A stretch of 64,000 nt of DNA, from IMG/VR virus record IMGVR_UViG_3300044988_000363. One strand, 5' to 3'. The notes beneath the pieces were generated by a model. The model was not told the DNA's origin. It worked only from the letters and a program-made list of their open reading frames with translations, and searched no databases. Below, one piece after another: positions 39,619 through 48,906 of the stretch. The first letter of the stretch is position 1; each line of letters begins with the position of its first letter. The position numbers and the translations under genes are program-made. Origin of the DNA: a virus.

Positions 39619-40733
39619 ATGTCAGTAACATTAAACGAAGATGATGATTTTGGCTTTTCTCTAGTTTCAGAAGAGGAACTAAAAGCCAAAGAAGCAGAAC
39701 TTCAGGCAAAACTATTAGAACAATCACAGGTTGTTCAGGAAGTGGTAAAACAAGCTTCTCAGACAGAGGCTACTGTGACAGAATATAAAGATAAGTTAAA
39801 TGGATTACGTAACATGGTTATGCCATTGTTAAATAATCTAGCAAAAGATCCAACAAAGACTTATGTTTTCTGGCCTGACCGTGCTACTAAAATTAAAGCA
39901 TTCATTATGAAAGTCAACGCATACGTTGATGGTGCATAATGATTAATTATATCGCATTAGCAACAGCCTTGACACTATCTTTAGTGTCAGGGTTTTATTC
40001 TGTTTATGGATTAACAACATTGTTTGCCGCAGCGTTCTGGCCAGTTGTGTTTATGGGCGGAGCGTTGGAGATTGGCAAACTTGTGACAGCCTCTTGGCTT
40101 TATAATAACTGGGAAGATACTCCTAGGGTTTTAAAATACTATCTAACATCTATTGTTATAATACTAATGTTCATAAGTTCGATGGGCACTTTTGGATTTT
40201 TATCGAAAGCTCATATTGAACAATCTATCAAACTTTCTAATACTGCAGACGCAAGCCAGCTTGAAATTATTAATTCGAAAATTAATTTCGAAAAAGAGTA
40301 TGTTGCAGATTTAGATAAGCAGATATCTCAGATCGACTCGGCTATTTCGAAACTTACTGAGACTGGTAAGGCGGCGAGCTCTCTGAAAGCTGCTAACCAG
40401 GAAAGGCAGAATAGAGATAAACTTATTCTGAAAAAAGAAGAACATGTCAAAAATATATCCACACTTACCTCCGACAGAATCCGAGCAGAAGGAGATATTA
40501 AAAAGATCGAAGCCGAAGTCGGTCCTGTCAAATATGTTGCAGAACTCATTTATGGTAACCAAGCTCAAGACCATATGGACAATGCTGTTCGGGCGGTAAT
40601 TATTTTATTAGTATTAGTATTTGATCCTCTTGCTGTTATGTTATTAATTGCAGCAAATGTTGGATTGTCAAAAAACAAGTTGACTACTAACAAGTTTGGG
40701 CGTATACTAAAGGAAATGCTTGATAAGAAATAA
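39619..40733 (+). CDS. Two hypothetical proteins (39619-39939; membrane plus coiled-coil protein 39939-40733)
   Basis: Second has several TM segments, a coiled coil and VGPVKYVAEL/VFDPLAV motifs. Confidence 0.65.
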
Positions 40734-40811
40734 ATTATGCTTTGGGATGATATAATATTTTTGTCGGAAGCAGAGTTTCTGAAATATAATATAAATGAGA
40801 AAGGTTTGTTT

Positions 40812-41861
40812 ATGTCGTTAAAAGAACGTTTGATTAAAAATTCAACAATTGACTATACATCTACTCTTACAGATAGTAAGATCTATACCAAAAAGGATAT
40901 GATCCAGACTCCAGTGCCAATGATTAACGTGGCTTTGTCTGGAACTATTGATGGTGGAATTACTCCTGGATTGACAATGCTTGCCGGTCCATCGAAGCAC
41001 TTCAAGACTGGCTTTGCTCTGCTTTTAGCATCTTCGTTCCTTAAGAAGTATCCTGATGGTGTTATTCTATTTTATGATTCAGAGTTTGGCACACCACAGT
41101 CATACTTTACTAAGTTTAAGATTCCTCTTGACTCGGTTGTTCATACGCCAATCACTGACGTTGAAGAACTAAAGTTTGACATTATGAAGCAGCTAAAAGA
41201 AATTAATCGTGACGATCAGGTTCTAATTATTGTTGACTCGATTGGTAATCTTGCTTCAAAGAAGGAAGTTGAAGATGCTATGAATGAGAAGTCGGTTGCT
41301 GATATGTCTCGTGCAAAACAGCTAAAGTCTCTGTTCCGTATGATTACTCCACATCTTACATTGAAGGATATTCCTCTTGTGGCGGTCAATCATACATATA
41401 TGGAAATCGGTATGTTCCCCAAGGCAGTAGTTGGTGGTGGAACTGGCGCTTATTATGGCGCTGATAATATTTGGATTCTAGGTAGACAGCAGGATAAGGA
41501 TGGTGCAGAAATTGCAGGTTACCACTTTGTTATCAATGTGGAAAAGTCTCGTTACGTACGTGAGAAGTCTAAGATCCCAGTTACTGTTAGTTATGAGGGC
41601 GGCATTAATCGTTGGAGCGGTTTGCTCGATATTGCCGTCGAAGGCGGTTATGTGGCTAAACCAAAAGTGGGCTGGTATGCCAAGGTGGATCGTTCGACTG
41701 GGGAAGTGGATGGAAAGAATTTCCGAGCAGGTGATATTGTGGACAGTAAAGAATTTTGGATGACAATGTTCCAAGAGACTGACTTCGCTGCATATATCAA
41801 GCGCAAGTATTCACTTGACACTGAAGGGACTTTAGTTTATGATGAGGATGAAGAAGTTTAA
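40812..41861 (+). CDS. uvsX: UvsX RecA-like recombinase
   Basis: AGPSKHFKT, LFYDSEFG, DSIGNLASKKE, DMSRAK.LKSLFR. Confidence 0.95.
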   Translation: MSLKERLIKNSTIDYTSTLTDSKIYTKKDMIQTPVPMINVALSGTIDGGITPGLTMLAGPSKHFKTGFALLLASSFLKKYPDGVILFYDSEFGTPQSYFTKFKIPLDSVVHTPITDVEELKFDIMKQLKEINRDDQVLIIVDSIGNLASKKEVEDAMNEKSVADMSRAKQLKSLFRMITPHLTLKDIPLVAVNHTYMEIGMFPKAVVGGGTGAYYGADNIWILGRQQDKDGAEIAGYHFVINVEKSRYVREKSKIPVTVSYEGGINRWSGLLDIAVEGGYVAKPKVGWYAKVDRSTGEVDGKNFRAGDIVDSKEFWMTMFQETDFAAYIKRKYSLDTEGTLVYDEDEEV

Positions 41862-41994
41862 GAATGTAATGGCCATATTAGCCAACGATGGCGTATGGTG
41901 GTGTTATTCTCACGATGATCATCCTGATTGGGGCGTTCATCGTTATGAGGATACTCATTGGTTTAATTATATGTTTAAGAGGTAATAAATATTC

Positions 41995-43401
41995 ATGAGT
42001 ATTGAAAGAACAATTTTATCTAATTTATTGTTCAACGACGAGTATGGTCGTAAGGTTATTCCATTCCTGAAACCAGAATATTTTCAGGATTATAATGAAA
42101 AGATTGTATTTGACCTAATTGATGATTATGTAAAGAAGTATAATTCATTTCCTTCTATTGAGGCGTTAGCCATTGACCTGTCTAATAAGGAAGGTCTAAA
42201 CGAACAGACGTTCAAGATTGCTAAAGAAATTGTCTCGAGTCTTGAACATGATTCTAACACTAAGCTGGACTGGCTACTAGATCAGACTGAAAAGTTTTGT
42301 CAAGATAAAGCATTGTATCTTGCGATCATGCGGTCCATACAAATTATGGATGAGAAAAATGGATCAATCTCCAAAGGAAATATACCGACAATTCTTACTG
42401 ACGCTCTCGGTGTCTCTTTTGACACCCATATTGGTCATGACTTTCTTGGTGATAGCGACGAGAGATATGAGTTCTACCACCGTAAAGAGAAAAGAATTCC
42501 TTTCGATCTTGACTACTTCAATACCATCACCAACGGTGGTCTCCCTAACAAAACTCTCAACATCGCACTTGCCGGTACTGGCGTTGGTAAGTCCCTCTTC
42601 ATGTGTCACTGCGCCGCAGCAAATCTTGCCAAGGGACATAACGTCTTGTATATCACACTTGAAATGGCAGAAGAAAGGATTGCGGAGCGCATCGATGCAA
42701 ACCTACTAGATACTGCTGTTGATGAGTTAGAACTTATGCCCAAGCAGTCGTATGATACTAAGATTAATCGACTGAAGGAAAAGTTCACTGGTAAGTTGAT
42801 TATCAAAGAATATCCGACTGCTTGCGCTGGTTCAGCAAACTTTCGTCATCTATTGAACGAACTACGTATTAAAAAGAACTTTGAACCAGATATTATATAT
42901 ATTGATTATCTGAATATTTGTTTGTCATCGAGGATTAAGCATGGAGCCAACGTCAATTCTTATACCCTTGTCAAAGCAATCGCAGAAGAGCTCCGTGGGT
43001 TGGCAGTTGAGTACGACGTCCCTATCGTCTCAGCAACTCAAACAACTCGAGGAGGCTATTCGAACTCAGACGTGGGACTGGAAGATACATCGGAATCCTT
43101 TGGACTACCAGCCACAGCTGATTTTATGTTTGCCCTCATTAGCTCAGAAGAACTTGAAAGTCTCAGCCAAATCATGGTTAAACAGCTCAAGAATCGTTAC
43201 TCTGATCCTGGGAGTAATCGTAGGTTTGTGCTTGGCATTGATCGCAGCAAAATGCGACTATACGATGTGGAACAATCTGGTCAAGATGGATTGGTTGATG
43301 ATCGCCCAGTGATGGATAAGGGCAAGTTCATGGAGGAAGAAAATGAACGAGGAAGACCAAAATCAAAGTTCGACCGAAGTAAGTTCGACGGCTTTAAGTG
43401 A
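41995..43401 (+). CDS. gp41: T4 gp41-like replicative helicase
   Basis: LAGTGVGKS, YITLEMAEE, IDYLNI, SATQTTR, SESFGLPATAD, QLKNRY. Confidence 0.96.
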   Translation: MSIERTILSNLLFNDEYGRKVIPFLKPEYFQDYNEKIVFDLIDDYVKKYNSFPSIEALAIDLSNKEGLNEQTFKIAKEIVSSLEHDSNTKLDWLLDQTEKFCQDKALYLAIMRSIQIMDEKNGSISKGNIPTILTDALGVSFDTHIGHDFLGDSDERYEFYHRKEKRIPFDLDYFNTITNGGLPNKTLNIALAGTGVGKSLFMCHCAAANLAKGHNVLYITLEMAEERIAERIDANLLDTAVDELELMPKQSYDTKINRLKEKFTGKLIIKEYPTACAGSANFRHLLNELRIKKNFEPDIIYIDYLNICLSSRIKHGANVNSYTLVKAIAEELRGLAVEYDVPIVSATQTTRGGYSNSDVGLEDTSESFGLPATADFMFALISSEELESLSQIMVKQLKNRYSDPGSNRRFVLGIDRSKMRLYDVEQSGQDGLVDDRPVMDKGKFMEEENERGRPKSKFDRSKFDGFK

Positions 43402-43546
43402 TAAAGAGCATACATTACAAATGGCAGAGCATGTCTGGTTGAAGGTAAAGGGATACCCTATTCCAGACTGCTATTCTGAAAAGGATAGGCTCGAGATATT
43501 TGAGCGTTATTATCATCGTGCAGTATCTCAATCACAGGGGGAATAA

Positions 43547-43732
43547 TTGATAGTCTGTTCTTGTAACTACATAGACACAGCCGACATTAAGGCTGTTCTA
43601 AATTATGCTACAGAGCCAAACGAACAGCAGGTGTTAAATATGCTTGCCTGGACGCCAGAATGTGCTTATTGTAAAGATCTGATTACCAACGAAATCCGTA
43701 GATGTATTAAGGAGATGACTGATGGCGCTTGA
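43547..43732 (+). CDS. Bfd-like [2Fe-2S] ferredoxin
   Basis: MIVCSCN...CAYC (CxC...CxxC) in 61 aa. Confidence 0.75.
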   Translation: MIVCSCNYIDTADIKAVLNYATEPNEQQVLNMLAWTPECAYCKDLITNEIRRCIKEMTDGA

Positions 43733-43897
43733 TTATAAGGTTGTGAAGGTTGAAAATTCTTACGTTGTTGAGGAAAGATTGACAGGGTATCAGATCAAGA
43801 GCTTTACAGATCAGAATGAAGCCAAAAAATATATGAAATTTTTGAATCTTGGCGGAGGTTTTTCTGGTTTTACACCATCATTTATACTAAATAAAAA

Positions 43898-44046
43898 TAG
43901 CAAAAATATGTAGGATGCCTTGAGCATCAGCGGCACGAGCCACAATAGAAGGGCCACGGAATAGTCGGGAGTAAATGGTGGGGTTCCACCCGACACATAT
44001 TGCGCTAGAAGAAATTCGGAGGGTAGGTTCGCCTACCCTCTTTTTT
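43898..44046 (+). ncRNA. Candidate structured small RNA with its own terminator
   Basis: Closing stem TAGC..AATATGT/ACATATT..GCTA, internal hairpins, upstream CTAAATA, downstream GAGGGTAGG-ttcg-CCTACCCTC-T6. Confidence 0.5.
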
Positions 44047-44059
44047 GTAGGTATTTCTC

Positions 44060-44102
44060 GGGGCGAGTCTGAAAAGGCTTGCCCTTTTTCGTATTATAAA
44101 TA
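44060..44102 (+). terminator. Second terminator followed by a late promoter
   Basis: GGGCGAGTC-tgaaaa-GGCTTGCCC-TTTTT; TATAAATA at 44095-44102. Confidence 0.75.
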
Positions 44103-44132
44103 TGATAAATGTTTTGTTCTAAGAGGTCTATA

Positions 44133-45380
44133 ATGCTATCTTTTTCCAATTATTTGACTGAAGCTAAAAAGAAAATTGATTCTTCCGAAACTGAAATCGA
44201 GCCAGATACAGATAAAATTAATAGTAACACTGCTCTTGGTGTGGCGTTCGAGACCCTTACAGCTTTGCATCTTCATGATAGAACAGACTCCTCGAAAAAT
44301 AAAGATCCAGAACATTTAAAGAGAATTGAAGAGATTAGAGCAAAACATCAAAAGGCTCTCGCTTTCCTTACTCCAGAAAAAAGAGCAAAAGTTTTAAAAG
44401 GCGCAGACAGAGCAGCTACTGCATATCTTGAAAGTTTAGGTAATCAAGGCATCAAACCAACAGACATTCACGAAGTGCATCATACAAGCACTGGCATTGA
44501 TAAAGTTTTTGGTTCAAAAGTCAGTCAATCTCAGAACCCACATGATATTGTTGTAAGAACAAAAAGACCACATCCATCAGCATTCGGTCCAAATAACGAT
44601 CTTCATGGAACTTCCTTGAAGCTAACACAGGGAACTTTGAGTAACAATGGTGTTGGCGAAATGGATAAAGTGGCTGCTAGTCATGGTATGAAATTGAATA
44701 TGGGCGACATCTGGAATAAAGGTTACAAAGACACTGTTGGTGATATGCCTAAAAAAGAAGTGAAGAAAATAAGAGATAGAGAAGATGTTGCTGGTGGTTA
44801 CCTAAAAACTAGAGATAAAGTTCTGAAACATTATCAGAATGCGTTTAATAGCCCTGAAGGTGCAACTCCGGAAGAAAAATTAGAAAACCAGAAAAAACAT
44901 TTGGCATATTTAATGAAATCAAATCCAGATATGAATTATGATTACACTAATGCTGAAAAGGGTTATTCAAAACCAGTTTCGGATCTAGATCATGTAAAGG
45001 CTGTGCAGGCTGCTAGATCGTTTAGTACAAGAGTAACAGATAGTATGATGCATATTTACGATCACGAAGGTAAACATATTCTTTCTGTTGAACATAGAGC
45101 TACACATGGTCCATGGTCGTCAATTCAAGTAAACGCTAAACTTGGATCAATGAAAGCGACGGGTCAACCAGCAAAGGCGCATCCAGCAGCTGCTGTAAAT
45201 CCTCCAGAAAATAAAGCTCCTCCTGTCCCAGTTCAAGCACCACCAGCACAAAGACCAGATTCAGGTGGATTTGGACAACACAGAGGCGATGGACCAAATA
45301 TTGGAAAACAATTGCCTAAACATTATCAAGGATATGTTGACAGATCGAGTTATATGGGTCACAAGGATAACGGGCAATGA
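44133..45380 (+). CDS. Late hypothetical protein with a capsid-targeting-like N-terminus
   Basis: MLSFSNYLTE start; P.DIVV...GTSLK weakly suggests a PD-(D/E)xK fold. Confidence 0.6.
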   Translation: MLSFSNYLTEAKKKIDSSETEIEPDTDKINSNTALGVAFETLTALHLHDRTDSSKNKDPEHLKRIEEIRAKHQKALAFLTPEKRAKVLKGADRAATAYLESLGNQGIKPTDIHEVHHTSTGIDKVFGSKVSQSQNPHDIVVRTKRPHPSAFGPNNDLHGTSLKLTQGTLSNNGVGEMDKVAASHGMKLNMGDIWNKGYKDTVGDMPKKEVKKIRDREDVAGGYLKTRDKVLKHYQNAFNSPEGATPEEKLENQKKHLAYLMKSNPDMNYDYTNAEKGYSKPVSDLDHVKAVQAARSFSTRVTDSMMHIYDHEGKHILSVEHRATHGPWSSIQVNAKLGSMKATGQPAKAHPAAAVNPPENKAPPVPVQAPPAQRPDSGGFGQHRGDGPNIGKQLPKHYQGYVDRSSYMGHKDNGQ

Positions 45381-46606
45381 GAATAGATTTTAAAACCTAC
45401 TTAAACGAACAAGCTGCTGCAACAGAAGGCAAAGCACTAAAGCATCTTCGTCATATTGAAGATTATGCTATTCATGGTGGTCATGATGGTGTCGCAGCCG
45501 CCGATGAACATCTTCGTGGTATGCATGATATGTTGCTTGGTAAAAAATCAAGTTTACATGCTTCTACAAAATACGACGGTGCGCCTTCAATTGTATTTGG
45601 ACAGCATCCAGAAACTGGACAGTTTTTCGTAGCTTCTAAGTCTGCTTTCAATAAAACTCCAAAGATTAATTACACTGACGAAGACATTGAAAAGAATCAC
45701 GGACATGCTCCTGGATTAGTTACCAAACTAAAAGCTGCATTGAAACATCTTCCTGGTGTTATGCCACGTGAAGGCGGAGTGTATCAAGGCGACTTAATGC
45801 ACACTGAAGGCGATGCTGTTTCAAAAGGTGGTAAAACTTCTGTAACTCCTAACACTCTTACATATTCTGCACCAAGTAATTCGCCTGAAGGCAGAAATAT
45901 GAAAAAGAAATTAGGTGTAGTTGTTCATACAAAATATACTGGTCGTGGTGGTTTACAAAGTATGTCAGCTCAACCACTTGATGCTAAGACACGTGCTAAG
46001 TTTAAAGATCATCCTGACGTTAATAATATTGATCCTACTATAGATGTTAATCCAGCTAACTATTCTCCTGAAGAACAAAAAGCATTCCTTAATCATATGG
46101 ATAAAGCAAAAAGAGCTTATGCTTCTATGAAACCAGAAGCTATGGATGCTATTGCTGGGCATGGTGAACAACTAGAAGCTCATGTTAATAATATGATTAG
46201 AACTGGTGGTAATGCTTCTGTTCAAGGATATATGGATCATTTGACTGCTCGTCATCAGAAAGATCTTGAGAAAGTTAAGACAGATGCAGCCAAACAAAAA
46301 AGAATACAGGCGCATGGTGAATTACTTTCTCATATTAGTAACAACAGAGATCATTTCGATAAGTTATTGAAGGTTCATGGGCATTTGCAAGACGCTAAGA
46401 ATGTATTGACTAATGTTCTAGCAAAGAACTCTCCATACGAACATAGTGTTGCTGGTGAACACACTGGACCAGAAGGAACAGTTGTTGTTGATAAGAAAGG
46501 CAATGCTTCTAAATTTAATAACAGAAGAGAATTCAATCGCCTAAATTTCTTGAAGGGCGCATTCCAGAAACAGCAGGTAGCAAATGCAGAAGATCAACTT
46601 CAGTAA
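45377..46606 (+). CDS. Conserved myovirus protein with ligase/nucleotidyltransferase-like motifs
   Basis: HL.HIED, TKYDGAPSIVFG, FFVASKS.FNKTPKINY, QGDLM, PEG.VV. Confidence 0.65.
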   Translation: MRIDFKTYLNEQAAATEGKALKHLRHIEDYAIHGGHDGVAAADEHLRGMHDMLLGKKSSLHASTKYDGAPSIVFGQHPETGQFFVASKSAFNKTPKINYTDEDIEKNHGHAPGLVTKLKAALKHLPGVMPREGGVYQGDLMHTEGDAVSKGGKTSVTPNTLTYSAPSNSPEGRNMKKKLGVVVHTKYTGRGGLQSMSAQPLDAKTRAKFKDHPDVNNIDPTIDVNPANYSPEEQKAFLNHMDKAKRAYASMKPEAMDAIAGHGEQLEAHVNNMIRTGGNASVQGYMDHLTARHQKDLEKVKTDAAKQKRIQAHGELLSHISNNRDHFDKLLKVHGHLQDAKNVLTNVLAKNSPYEHSVAGEHTGPEGTVVVDKKGNASKFNNRREFNRLNFLKGAFQKQQVANAEDQLQ

Positions 46607-47507
46607 TTTTTTAATTGAATCCGATCGTTCAACTCATGTAATGACGTTCATGAGAGCCAATCCGCCAACGATTGGTCATGAACGAGTTGTCAATCATGTT
46701 ACAGATCTTGCTAAAAATTTAGATGCAGGTCATAGCATTGTTTTATCTCATTCGCATGATGGTGATAAGAACCCATTAACTGCTGAACAAAAGCTAAGAC
46801 ATGCTAAATTGGCATTTCCCGGAGCCAATGTATCAACTTCTTCTCCTGAACGCCCTAATATCATGAATCAAGTTTCTAATCTTTATGGTAAAGGTGTGAG
46901 AAACTTACATGTTGTAGTTGGTCAAGATAGAGTTGATCAGTTTGATAAATTGCTAAATCAATATAAAGGCGTTGAAGGTGCACATGGTCATTATGGCACT
47001 GATATGAACATTACAGTTCATTCAGCTGGTGGTAGAGATCCAGACGCTGAAGGAATTGAAGGTGTATCTGGAACTGGTCAAAGAGTTCACGCAAGAAATA
47101 ATAATTTTGAAGGATTCCGTGCAGGCGCACCAAGTCATATGACTGACGAGCAAGCAGCTTCGCTTATGAATGATATTCGTAATGCTAAACCACCAGAGAA
47201 ACCAGTAAAACCAACTAAGAAAAAACTAAAAGAAGAAACAGTTGCTGGTGGCGAAATGGTAAGAGGGTTTGGTGATGTTTCTGGTAATCCAGCAGTTCAG
47301 AACGATCCTTTGCAACAATATATTGGTGCCAATGCTTTAGCAAAAGATCAACAAAACGGCGCTTTGATGAAAATGATGAAAGACAGTCAATATAATTTGA
47401 TTGGGTTTAAAGAGTTTAATCCACGCACTGTTACTAGAGATAAATCATTAGAGTATTGGAACTCTGATGAAAATGGCGACTTCTTAAAATCTAGAAAGAA
47501 AAAATAA
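46584..47507 (+). CDS. Cytidylyltransferase-like (HIGH-superfamily) nucleotidyltransferase
   Basis: RANPPTIGHE, KNPL..EQK, VVGQDRV, SAG.RDPDAEG..G.SG. Confidence 0.8.
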   Translation: MQKINFSNFLIESDRSTHVMTFMRANPPTIGHERVVNHVTDLAKNLDAGHSIVLSHSHDGDKNPLTAEQKLRHAKLAFPGANVSTSSPERPNIMNQVSNLYGKGVRNLHVVVGQDRVDQFDKLLNQYKGVEGAHGHYGTDMNITVHSAGGRDPDAEGIEGVSGTGQRVHARNNNFEGFRAGAPSHMTDEQAASLMNDIRNAKPPEKPVKPTKKKLKEETVAGGEMVRGFGDVSGNPAVQNDPLQQYIGANALAKDQQNGALMKMMKDSQYNLIGFKEFNPRTVTRDKSLEYWNSDENGDFLKSRKKK

Positions 47508-48820
47508 TGGCACAGTTTCGTAAAGATACACATCAATATTTGCCTGATAATAAAACATTATTTGAAGTTGTTATGCTCGCCGATCAATATGGTAATCAAG
47601 TTGGACCAGCAAACCCAACAGGAACTGCTGTTGATGCTTTTGGTAGAGCCAGAGTATCAAGCCCACTAACTCTTTTTGATTCTTCTCACCGTTATCGTGA
47701 CAACAATCTATGGACCACTTCTAATACTGCTGGTGGAACTTATGCGTTTTCTGAAAATGAAGGTCTTGTAAATCTTAATTTAACAACCGCCAACAATGCA
47801 GAAATCATTCGTGAGACAACTAAGGTTTTCTCTTATCAACCAGGCAAGTCTTTACAAATTTTACAAACATTTGTCATGCAGCCTAAGACTAATGTTCGTC
47901 AGCGTGTAGGTTATTATGGCGCCAACAATGGCATTTATCTTGAGGTGGCAAATAATACAGCATATTTGGTTGAAAGGTCTTTATCATCAGGAGTAATGCA
48001 AGAAACGAGAGTAGCGCAGTCTAATTGGAATTATGATACTCTATTAGGCGCTGATACTTCGAGTCCATCTGGTATCACTTTAGATTTATCAAAATCGCAG
48101 ATTATGTTTATTGATATTGAATGGCTTGGTTTGGGAACAGTAAGATGCGGTTTTATTATTGATGGTAGAATAATTCACTGTCATTCATTTCACCATGCTA
48201 ATTATATCACGTCAACATATATGACTACAGCTTCTCTACCTTTGAGATATGAAATAAAGAATACAGGCGTAACTGCAAGTAATACAACTCTAAAACAAGT
48301 ATGTTCCACTGTTATTTCTGAAGGCGGATATGAACTAAGAGGTCTTCAACAAGCTGTTGGAACTGCTATTGGGACGCCAAGAGATTTGACAACAGTTAAT
48401 ACATACTATCCAGTTATCTCAATTAGATTGAAGGCTTCTCCTAATAGACTTGATGCTATTGTTATTCTTACTGCGCTATCATTAATGGGTATTACTAATA
48501 ATGCTAATTATAATTGGCGAGTTGTAGCATCAGGCACAAGTACTGGTGGAACTTGGAATAGCGCAGGAACTGATTCTGCTGTTGAATATAATCTTACAGG
48601 AACAAGTTTTGCGGACGGTAGAATTTTGGCTTCCGGATGGACCACTGGTTCTAATCAGGGTTCAAGTCCTGTTGATATTTTAAAAGAAGCACTATTTAAG
48701 TTTCAGCTGGAAAGAAATGGACTTACTTCCTCTCCTTATGAGTTAACATTAGTTGCTGCAACAGATTCTGCAGGCGCTGATATATACGCTTCTATGGACT
48801 GGGAAGAGATCTCAAGATAA
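47507..48820 (+). CDS. Probable virion structural protein (beta-rich)
   Basis: DAFGR.RVS.P.TLFDS, YQPGKS, EWLGLG.VR.GF; T/S/N/G-rich. Confidence 0.6.
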   Translation: MAQFRKDTHQYLPDNKTLFEVVMLADQYGNQVGPANPTGTAVDAFGRARVSSPLTLFDSSHRYRDNNLWTTSNTAGGTYAFSENEGLVNLNLTTANNAEIIRETTKVFSYQPGKSLQILQTFVMQPKTNVRQRVGYYGANNGIYLEVANNTAYLVERSLSSGVMQETRVAQSNWNYDTLLGADTSSPSGITLDLSKSQIMFIDIEWLGLGTVRCGFIIDGRIIHCHSFHHANYITSTYMTTASLPLRYEIKNTGVTASNTTLKQVCSTVISEGGYELRGLQQAVGTAIGTPRDLTTVNTYYPVISIRLKASPNRLDAIVILTALSLMGITNNANYNWRVVASGTSTGGTWNSAGTDSAVEYNLTGTSFADGRILASGWTTGSNQGSSPVDILKEALFKFQLERNGLTSSPYELTLVAATDSAGADIYASMDWEEISR

Positions 48821-48827
48821 TATTTTT

Positions 48828-48835
48828 TATAAATA
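48828..48835 (+). promoter_or_regulatory. T4-type late promoter
   Basis: TATAAATA upstream of 48907. Confidence 0.75.
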
Positions 48836-48906
48836 AACAGTCAGTGCGAGTATAAAAGGGTACGCCAGACCTCGCATATATAAGGAAAGCCCAAGGGAAA
48901 CTCCAG

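Noticed and set aside
37126-43401. Inteins or introns in the polymerase, UvsX or helicase
   Set aside because: Lengths are ordinary, frames are continuous and no splicing motifs were seen.
48836-48906. Fifth copy of the conserved endonuclease leader
   Set aside because: It has a late promoter and a TGCGAG/CTCGCA stem but lacks the CAC bulge, the TCTA linker and the ATGRATATTTAT start.
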